DNA from: Laetmonice hystrix
Lineage: Eukaryota
Assembly (NCBI GenBank): GCA_965235115.1
Contig: OZ249436.1
Span: 48,176,001-48,240,000, forward strand
Length of the DNA: 64,000 nt
Reading direction: 5' to 3'
Part shown: piece by piece, positions 12,200 through 22,401 of the stretch
How the letters are laid out: each line of letters begins with the position of its first letter
Position numbering within the stretch: the first letter of the stretch is position 1
The notes under the pieces: generated by a model
Database searches by the model: none
Told to the model about the DNA's origin: nothing
What the model saw: the letters and a program-made list of their open reading frames with translations, nothing else
Program-made: the position numbers and the translations under genes

Positions 12200-13075
12200 A
12201 GATGGTAGAAAACTTACAAATACCCTTGCTTATGTTGCCATGACTTCAGTCAGAACTGTAATGATAGAAAACTTACAGGTCTCTTGTGTTGAAATCGTTG
12301 TACTGCTAGAAAACTTACAATCCGTTGATGTTGCCATGACTTCAGTTAGAACTGTAATGATAGAAAACTTACAGGTCTCTTGTGTTGAAATCACTCAGAG
12401 TTGTACTGCTAGAAAACTTACAATCCGTTGATGTTGCCATGACTTCACGTAGAACTGTAATGATAGAAAACTTACAGGTCTCTTGTGTTGAAATCACTCA
12501 GAGTTGTACTGCTAGAAAACTTACAATCCGTTGATGTTGCCATGACTTCAGTTAGAACTGTAATGATAGAAAACTTACAATGTTGCCATGATTTCACGTA
12601 GAACTGTAATGATAGAAAACTTACAGGTCTCTTGTGTTGAAATCGTTGTACTGCTAGAAAACTTACAATCCGTTGATGTTACCATGACTTCACGTAGAAC
12701 TGTAATGATAGAAAACTTACAGGTCTCTTGTGTTGAAATCACTCAGAGTTGTACTGCTAGAAAACTTACAATCCGTTGATGTTGCCATGACTTCAGTTAG
12801 AACTGTAATGATAGAAAACTTACAATGTTGCCATGATTTCACGTAGAACTGTAATGATAGAAAACTTACAGGTCTCTTGTGTTGAAATCGTTGTACTGCT
12901 AGAAAACTTACAATCCGTTGATGTTACCATGACTTCAGTTAGAACTGTAATGATAGAAAACTTACAGGTCTCTTGTGTTGAAATCACTCAGAGTTGTACT
13001 GCTAGAAAACTTACAATCCGTTGATGTTGCCATGACTTCAGTCAGAACTGTAATAACATGAAACTTACAAGTCTC
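12200..13075. repeat. Compound tandem repeat (~96/103-bp units, ~245-bp higher-order period)
   Basis: Recurrent tagaaaacttaca in alternating subunits; near-identical ORF translations start 245 bp apart (12588 and 12833). Confidence 0.93.
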
Positions 13076-16000
13076 TTTTTGATATCAGTCAGCAAGCATA
13101 ACCGTAATGGTGAAAAGGTAGTCCCGTTATGTTGCCATGTGGCTTTCATTATGTAAATTCCGATGACGACGCCATTTTTTTTAAAGCTAAGAACAGGTAG
13201 TCTTTATGTTTTAAAAGATGACATACATGCTGTAATGTAATGATGTAAGACTAACGTTACGTAACTACCGCTTACATATAGGACAATGGAACGTGAATCT
13301 CGGTCGTGACGAGATTGGTGAAGTTTTATACATTATGTAAAGTGCAATGACTGCCCTCTTGTATAGGTCGATAGGCCTGTGTCCCATTATGTACGATATC
13401 CCTATACATGTATCCAAGGGGGTTGTATTGTATGGCGAAATATATTCCTTCCTTAACACAATGTTATGCTGAAAGAAATTGTAGGAGGAAGTAAGGAAGG
13501 AATTTCCCCTTTAATTTATATTATGAGATTGATACTGCATTTCGTGCAGAAACCCGTCCTTTTCCCAAAAACTGTCATATTAAGACAGCTGAAATATGTA
13601 ACTTAATGATTGAAGACTGAGTCATAACGCCGTGACTTTACTATTTTACATGTATAGTCATGGTCGTGGCTTCCAAAACGCAAATAAGCAACTTTTGCAT
13701 AGCGTTATGTCTCTACAGTCTTGCATGAGAAGCAACCATTCAACATGTTCTCTACGAATTATTAGTAACATTGCAATGTCTCTTGTGTACTTTTTTCACA
13801 CTCGACTGCGCCACTGACAGACCGATATATGAAACCTGTTGGACGCTGTTCTTCTGTTCTTCACCGATTTTTTTAAAAGGACAAATACACAAAGTGGGGG
13901 GCGTGAGCTGTAGATCTAAATTTAAGGTGAGAACTTTTTACAAGCCAAACCACTATTCGTACTATCAAAGGAGTTTTACAGATAACCGGCTATAAATAGT
14001 TTTCTTATGTCTCCTACTACATCTGGGAGTGAGCTATTTACAAACTAGAATATATATCTGTCTAACCAAGTATGACATATACCTGATTGGTAGTGTCCGC
14101 CCATAACATGGCTTATGTTTGTTATATGCCCGTGTTACATGCCAGTCAAATCCATGTGGTTTATCATATCATGTCTGTGTTCGTTTTTACGTTGTATTAT
14201 TTGAGCCTTATCGTTTAGCTATATTCTGGTAACATTTATTAGCGAAGGGTCGAGTACAGTGGAAGAAAAAGGAGTAGAGTTAGTTGACTTTTGTCTGTAC
14301 TATTCATGACTGTAACTTGCTACACGTCAATACTTGGTACATGTACCGGTAATGTTATTTTAGAGTGGTCTTTGCTCTTTGCAATAATTTGGGGAAATGT
14401 GAGGAGAAAGAAATCCATACGATGATCTGATGAATCCAGATGTTTAGATACAGTGGGACATGCCACTGATATTATAATTGTGGGAGTACATTGTTGCGGT
14501 TTGAGGTACTTGGGCTAGGCTTGCTTTGTCCCAGGCGAGTGACCACGTATATATTACGTAACGTGCCAGTAATCCAAGTAACAGCCTGCCCTCGGTGTCT
14601 TTACACCCGACTACTGTGAATACCTGAGACACTTACCTTTATGTATGTATATATAGAATTCGTGTACTGAAATCATCCAGGACTAGAATTTATTTTGAGA
14701 AAAGACATTTTTTCTTAACAATGTTGACCAGACGTCAGTGAAGTGGATCCGTTTGCCCTTATGTATAATATTTCTCAAAGCCCAGGTAACGGCTGGTAAG
14801 CGTTAATTTCTATTTAACGTGAGCGTTGACATAAGATTTAAGACTACTTCAGACCATTTCCTGTAAAATTTCTATATTGATGTTATGTAATTATATTCTC
14901 CTGGATGGTTTAACGGAATCATAAGTTAAATTAGCTAACTTATGGTCTTTGCCGTAAAATTTGAAGAAAGAGACAGAAGAAATAATTATTGTAAATATAT
15001 ATAAACAGTGAACTAAAAAAGTGAAACTGGAGGTCACTATATACTACAGCATAACCTGAGAATTTTGTTTGTATATTACGACTATACGTAGATACTTGAT
15101 AGACTAATATGTACTCTATCAGCCAAGAGCAGGACGCTGGTTACTTAGATTGAAGGATAGGATGACTGGTCTGTGTCCCTGTGCTCATGTCATAACTTAC
15201 ACAGTGAAGGTGTAAAATCTGTACAGTCTGAAAGGCTGAGCGAGTCTCTAAGAGGGACCAATGGGATGTGCTGTACTGGCCATACCGTGGGTGGGGACCT
15301 TGATTGTACACAGTAATCCTGCCATTGATTCGTTAACTCCTGCCATTAAGTCGTTAAACAACACAGGAAATCTCCAAACAGTGATGGCCTTGTATAACAA
15401 AGACGTCAGGTTAATAGTCCATTCACGAGTCTATGCATCTACAGTAATTACATTGCATATGTATACATTTTGTAATTACATTTATAATGTACACATATTA
15501 TATAAAGCATGACTAATTAAAAGTTTGGTCCGAAGAAAAGACTGTAACAAAGGGCAGTACGAGCTGCACTTGTAGCTCTCCTTTCCAAAAATGAATCTTA
15601 GTACTGGTAGTCCAGAAAATTGGCGTAAATAATGGCAGGACCGGTTGCTGGGAGGAGAAAATCCTTCCCCAGGTAAATGCTCGCGGGCTAATCTGGCCAC
15701 GTATTTTCTGCCCCATCGGGTCCAGAACTTTTTTTTTCTCAGTGAAAGCTCAAACTGTAGCTCGAGTTTGCTCTCCACAGTTTCCTCCTCCGCCCCCCCC
15801 CCTCCCAAAAAAGGGGGGGGGGGGATGAAAAAAGTTGTACTGCAGCTCCACTAACTGGAGATTTTGAGATTGTCTTATCAACAATTTACTAGAGCTAGTA
15901 TCGATACAGACTTGGTCAGGTTTGAAGAATCTGCCGTTTAGGTGGGAATACATGTAATTCTGAATGTGGCACAGAGTGACAGTCTGATAATTACACAGGA

Positions 16001-17324
16001 GTTGCAGAACGGAAAACACTTACGCTGTTTTTATTTACAAAACATATCAGTTGTGATGCAGATTTCAAAGTGATGCTCTTTGCTGTATATTTTATTCAAG
16101 CAACAGAATAAAGAAAAGGTATCGTCACTATTCGTTCTTAATATTTTCTTTAGTCATGTAACCTAGTTTTCTCAATCTCAGTAGTTCCCACTAGGTGCAG
16201 ACATCTATGTAAAATATTTTACCTTTGTAGTCCCACAAAGAAATGTCAAATGGCCCAGTAAAAGGCAACTACCGCTAATGTAAACGTACTGTCCGTGTGT
16301 TTCGGTAAGTAAATATTCCTAATTGGAAGCAGGTAAGAGTCGAGTCCTGTTAATCTGGAAATACAAGTGACTGAGCCTCTTCAGGCAGTAATTGACCACA
16401 AGAATATTATACACCCAGTATTCAGGAAGTCAGGAAACGGATATCTTTTTTAACAAGACGATCAAGGGGCCAACTGCCCATGGATTCCCATTACATTGTA
16501 CATGGGAATTGCAGAGAAGGCCAACATTTTATATTTTCTAAAACTGGTTTAATCTTATTCTGATTTATTTTTCAAATAACTTTAACATTTTCAAAATTAT
16601 GTGCACATCAAAATTTAAGTTGTAAAACAAATAAAGGTACAGACATCTTGTCTGTTCTCATCCTTACTCCCACAGTCACCGTCCCAGAATAAGCTGGGCT
16701 ATTTCAGCCACTAAAATACTGTCCAGCATATTGGAGATTTTTAACCTACAAGTCAGTATCTTCTGTTTCCCAAAATATTGACCAACTATTACTGAAACAC
16801 ACATGTAACACTTGCCAAGTATCTACCATATACCGTAATAAAAGGTTCCATAACCCATCGTGGATAAGCCCCCATCAAATTTCGGGGCCCAGTCCTCGGA
16901 CTGCTGCTGAACTAATGCTGACAAAGTCATTGCAAAGCTTAATTTTCTGTCGATGTAAACACATTACTTTACCATCTTCTGAATACTGATCAATGTTACA
17001 TATCGCCAGGATGAGAACCTGACCTCGAATAAGCAGCCTCCACATAACTTAACTTTTAAACGTTTGTGGTGCTGTATCACACAACTTCAACACAAGACAT
17101 GACAACGTTTGTAGGTACATCTTACCTGTAACATACCATAGACATTTAATGATCACTCGTTCTGATTCACATCCATCAGTTAAACCTATACTTATAAATA
17201 ATACTCATAATAATTACAAAATTGTAGTATTATGCATGGCACAAAACCCTGACAACTGAACTAGAAAATGAGACTCGCAAAATACCTATTTATAAAATCT
17301 TTGCATGATTGATGTACAGTAGTT

Positions 17325-18461
17325 TCACTCTGGAAAGGTGTATACAGACAGAGCACTACTATTATCTGCGACAACAATGACCTTCTGTTGTGGGGCGACA
17401 CCTGAAGTCACCCAGTTTACCTTATCCCCATGATCTATTGTCCATTTGGGAGAGTAGCACTCGAGACCTGTTGCTAACCTAGCACCAGCTCCATTCTCTG
17501 CATCATCTTCAGCTGCACCATTTGCTGCATGTCCATTCGCTGCGTGCCCATTTGCAGCATGTCCATTTCCTAGATTTCCATTTGCAGCATGGCCATTCAC
17601 TGATGCGACACCATTGATCATGCCTGGCCTCTGCCCCTGGAGGTCTGCCAGGTCCCACAAGGCTATGTTGCCGTCATTACCTGCTGATATGAGAAGTGCC
17701 TCCGTGAAGGTTGGAAAGTGTACCTGCGATACGCCATGAGTGTGTCCATTCAAAGGACCAAGGTATTCTGGAGTTCTCTTGGCAGCATTAAACATATACA
17801 CCAGTGAGTTCTCAGCGCCACATGCCAGAAGGCTGCCATTTGGGGACAGCGCCATTGAATGGATAAAAGGTGGATTTATCATGTAGGACTCTGGGGTATC
17901 CGCTCCTGCGTTCAGGTCATGAAGGTTAATCTTACACAAAGGACGACCACGGGAAAAATCCCACTGTATCATCATGCAATCAAAACCTGCACTAAATATA
18001 TCCCACGGCCTTCTGGGACGGAAACATACACTAGAACAAATGTTGGTATGCTTGCGCAGCGTCTTATACACTCTACGGTCCTGCAAACTGATAATTTTTA
18101 CGTGACCCGAATCATCACATGCTGCCAGAAAGGCTTCCTTCTCATTTAGGACAATTTGATCAATTTCATCTTCATTGAAGTCGAACACTGTCACTGGGCT
18201 TGACATGTCACGCATGTCATACATCATGATGTTTTGCCCACACGATGCATACAGCTCATGGGGTTTCTGCCGTGAGCACACCAAGGAGGTGACATCACTG
18301 GCATCGGCTTGCACCGCTACCTTGTGTTTTTGGGGTGCAGCGCCATCAAGTGTCCAGATAGATAATTCTCCATTCTCTCCACCGGATATCACTTTACCGT
18401 CTGCACTGATAGTCACACACAGAACGGATTCTGTATGCCCACCTTCTAAAGTTGTCGCCAT
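17325..18461 (-). CDS. WDR53: WD repeat-containing protein 53 (378 aa, single coding exon)
   Basis: MATTLEGGHTESVLC.., FNEDEIDQI..EKEAFLAACDDSGHVKII, KHTNICSSVCFRPRRPW..SAGFD..QWDF, NPPFIHSM, GHTHGVSQVHF, HGDKVNW match WDR53 motifs; splice acceptor ttacag|G at 18504 lies just upstream of the ATG, so the ORF-track start 18539 is intronic. Confidence 0.9.
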   Translation of the reverse strand: MATTLEGGHTESVLCVTISADGKVISGGENGELSIWTLDGAAPQKHKVAVQADASDVTSLVCSRQKPHELYASCGQNIMMYDMRDMSSPVTVFDFNEDEIDQIVLNEKEAFLAACDDSGHVKIISLQDRRVYKTLRKHTNICSSVCFRPRRPWDIFSAGFDCMMIQWDFSRGRPLCKINLHDLNAGADTPESYMINPPFIHSMALSPNGSLLACGAENSLVYMFNAAKRTPEYLGPLNGHTHGVSQVHFPTFTEALLISAGNDGNIALWDLADLQGQRPGMINGVASVNGHAANGNLGNGHAANGHAANGHAANGAAEDDAENGAGARLATGLECYSPKWTIDHGDKVNWVTSGVAPQQKVIVVADNSSALSVYTFPE

Positions 18462-18629
18462 TTGCTTCGTCTTGTGCTGGTAGTCTGATGAAGGGCAACT
18501 CCACCTGTAATCAAACATAAAAAGAATTAGAGAAAACATGATATTTCACATTTTCATTCAGATCACATTCTGGAAATTCTGAAGTTAAAAACAACTGAAC
18601 TGAAGCTAGGGAGTTTATGTGACGTTCCA

Positions 18630-20700
18630 ATGCAGTGGGACAAACGGTGTCACAGCCGCCGCGGGCTGTTGCGCTGTAGAAATCCTCCCAACAGAAGGTC
18701 TAATTCTGGTCAAACTATTATAAATCTATCATCATCAGAAAGAGGAGAATCTGAGGATTCTGATGGTTATAATCACTATGCTGTACCGTGAGCGGTTGCG
18801 GCACAACCGCTGGTTGAAGCGGCCGACTGCACAAAAAATCGTGCCGGGCTCTCAGCGGTGAAAACGTCCGAACGTTTTTGGCCTTGTCGGAAAATAGGCC
18901 TTATTATGACGCAATTTTTCATTCAATGTTACGCACAATTGGATCATGAGACCTATTTCAGCCAATAGGAAATGACTTCAGCTATCAGGAGCCGTTTGTA
19001 ACTAAACGGTAGGTCAATAAACAACGGTTTTATGCCGTTTTTTGTAGTTCTTCTGATTATAGTCACTATATTGATAATAGCTGAAATTTAGTTACAAACG
19101 GATCTTAGTAGAGTAGGGTGTTCTCTTTCATTTGGTAGTCCTTTAGGATGTGTGTGATTAGTAACATTGAATGAAAATCGCATTTGAAAAATTTGAGTTT
19201 GGGGTGCTGACAGCCGCCACCGCTGTCGTCAGTGCAGAGCGTAGCCGGGCTGCCTGGCTGTACGCTCTCCGTATTGTGACGTCACCGTATCTGAGTGATG
19301 ACAATGAACTGTCCCGTCATATCTCCATAGTTACGGTGTCTTGCTCATCGTGAGCAAGTGCTCATGTGAGCTTGTGTGCTCAGGGTATTATAAACAGAAA
19401 AACCCCATCACGGCTGATGTAGAGTCTATTGCTCAGGGTGAGCACTGCTCACATAAGCAGTAAAATGCTGCTCAGCTCATATCTCAGCGGAAAACGAAAC
19501 GGAGAGCCGTTGCCATGCCCATGCTATGGCTGGGAGTGGGGTGGGGGGGGGGGGGGATGGGGTTGTTATGTGCGGGGGTGGGGGGTGTCGGGGGGGGGGG
19601 TCGGGGGGGGGGTCATACAGGTCTGCAGGGAGTTAGGACTTAGGTAGTAGTATTAAAAACTAGTAGGCAATAAGTTTTGTTTTATTTTTTATTTGTCAGC
19701 CACCTTGATTCCAATATGGCGTCTAATATGGCGGCCATCTTGGTTATGGGACTCAAATATATGTTACAGTAAAGACTGCAACAAATAGGAGAGAATGGAA
19801 TAAGTAAATGTATGATATTTGCTGGATTCAGGCCATATATGACAATTTTCTGATTTAGCGGCCATATTGATTCCAATATGGCTGCCAAATGGCGGCCATA
19901 TTGTTTTTTTTAATCTGAAGTGAGCCGTCATATTAACCACCATAGTATTTGTACATTTTACCTTGAAAATCGCAAGAAATGTAATTTTAAGCATTTTATT
20001 CTTAATTAAAATGTCAAAAACACTCAAAACTGGCAGCCATTTTGAATTCAAAATGGCGTCCAATATGGCCGACATAATTTTTTCTTCATCTTATCTTATA
20101 CTACTGACTTAGATCTGCAAAATAAGACCAAGATTAAGAATATTGGCCCATAACATCCAAAGTTATTTACTTTTTCATCAAAAAGCTAGACATAAAAAAG
20201 CCAAATTTGTGCCATGTTTTCAACCTCATCCCTATGGGAGAATTGTCCCACGAAAGCCCCATTTATTCACACTTAAAATGCCCATAACTTCGGATAGAGA
20301 CATGGTATCGAAGAAATTTAAACAGATTTGAAATGCACTCAATGAGCCCTTTCAGATCCTGTATCATTTGTTTAGAAAAGATGCATTTAAAAAAATGGCC
20401 TAAACACCCTACTGAAGCAGGCTGAACGAAAATGAAAAAGACAAATTTGATCTACACTTATACTGTTTAGGTACTTTCCTGGAAAAAAACAGTTTTTTAA
20501 AGAGTATATTTTAGCTTCTAGATGCCTCAAACTGCCTCGATGTCGGGTCTGGAATCGTGGCAATGTCAGCGGGGGGGGGGGGGGGGGGGGGCTGCCGGGG
20601 AATGGGCGATAATAAAAGTATTCGTCACTGTATTCACAACGTGTTAGCCATTTCGGAAAAAATATTGACAAATTCAGCTCCGTCTCATATGAAAATAGCG
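18630..20700. mobile_element. Probable nested non-autonomous transposon remnants, family undetermined
   Basis: Non-coding, motif-repetitive sequence (repeated (c)aa(a/t)atggcg/gccat(c/a/t)ttg and gctca..tgagc units) inside the inferred WDR53 5' intron; termini not resolved. Confidence 0.35.
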
Positions 20701-21257
20701 CGTACGCCAGCTATCTAACCTGATGCTTCCTCACCTCACTTTATGTCGGATACGCTCTGAAACTTCACAGAGTGGATGAATGGAAACCCGAGCGAATGAA
20801 CTCCCTTTCCGGGACGAGCTCCAAACACGTACGCCACCTGGTGGTATAACCATTTGAACTAAGCTGCCCCCTGGCGGATAATAACCCAAAATTACTTGCA
20901 AACACGCATCCACGACGGACCAAGGCCCATCAGTAGGGCCCTATGCCCAGAGATTGGTGCAGAGAGGTGGGTTATTGGTGCAGGGGGTTAGATCTACAGT
21001 GGACGGATCCAAGTATTAGTTAGGACCTAAAAAGGCTAAAAAAAAAAAGAAGAAATCTTTGGCACTTTCCCTTAGGGGGGGTTTCAGACACCCAAAAACC
21101 CCTGATAGTGATACTGATAGGCCTATGCTATAGTATAACTATAGGCCCCTACTATAGGCCTACGTCAATGACAAGATCATGGTTTATTTGCCACATTTAC
21201 AAGAGTGTTAAGACGCATGTGTAGGTCTATGTCAGCACTTCTGTAGGGGGGTTGCAG

Positions 21258-21407
21258 CCTGGGGACCGTTTCACTAAATACTTGTATTTTACGAGCTCGT
21301 ATTTTCTATAGATCATAGTAGCAAAATGTATTATTATGAGTTTTTTCTTGTTTACGAGCTATAAGGCCATATACGAGCTCGTACAGTCTTAGTGAAACGA
21401 GCCCGGG
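21258..21407. mobile_element. MITE with imperfect TIR (ggggaccgtttcactaa / ttagtgaaacgagccc)
   Basis: Terminal inverted repeat related to the 23451-23612 element; internal tacgagctcgta palindromes. Confidence 0.6.
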
Positions 21408-22401
21408 CTGGTCACGTTCAGAAAGTTCTATGCCGGCCAGGGCTACCGCTGGGGTAACCCCCCTAACCCGCCACCCCCACCGTCCTGCAGTGGCGGATCG
21501 ATGGACCAGGCCTATATAGGTTTTGGGGGGGGGGGGGTACAACCCCCCCTTTCAGCTGACTATTAGCAAAAACGGATCCTTTTCAGGGGTCCCTTCAGTA
21601 GGCCTACCTTCACTTAAACCTCAACCCCCCCCCCCCCCCCCCCCCCCCCCCCAGACACACTCACACCTCCTGAAACTGTGTGAAAGCTTAAGATGCCCCT
21701 GCCCTGGATCTGCGCCCGGGCACTGGACGGCAGGGTCAAGCCCTACACAATAATTAAGGAATCAAGGAGGACTATCCAGCCCCTGGCTGCTAATTCTCAA
21801 AAGGGTCAATTAGGCCTAGGCCTAGGCTAATTGCCCTAGCCTAGTATTTTGACACGTGCCCCTGAATCAGACTCAGTCTTGCTAGGCCTAATCTAATTTT
21901 GTTGTGTAGTCTAGGCCCATGCCCTTTCACTGTAGGCCCCTATCTAGAGTTAGCCTAGGCCTACACTTAGGGGTTTCTCCTTGGTTTTTTTGCACCCTTC
22001 AATCCGCCACGTGTTGCTCCGCTCCCGCCGTCCAGCTTGCAGGATGCGGCAGTGTGCTGCGGTGGGTCTTGCCGCCTACTCCACCACGTGAATGTTATTT
22101 TCTGTGCGCATGTCCCCGGGTCAGGTTGCCGTGAGAGAGACCCGTCAGGTTGACAGGTGGCCTGTCAGGCTTGGTTCGTGACGGAAGGCACCAGACAACA
22201 GAAGTATTCAATAGGTACTGACGGCAGCTCAAGTTAAACTCACCAGTGCCGCTTAAAACGTGCTGTGAATTGGTATTTGAGGATTAACGTAAATGAAAGA
22301 CATTATCTGAGAACAGCGAGGTACGGCACAGGAATATCGGAAACGAGATACCCCTTACGGACCCCAAAGAGCGACAAGCAAAACATTGGCAAGGAGAGAA
22401 A

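Noticed and set aside
12105..13024. Repeated MIENLQVSCVEI ORFs
   Set aside because: Translations of a tandem repeat with non-triplet unit lengths.
18462..18539. N-terminal extension of WDR53 in the ORF track (MFSLILF...)
   Set aside because: It crosses a polypyrimidine tract and acceptor at 18504; WDR53-like sequence begins at MATTLEGGH.
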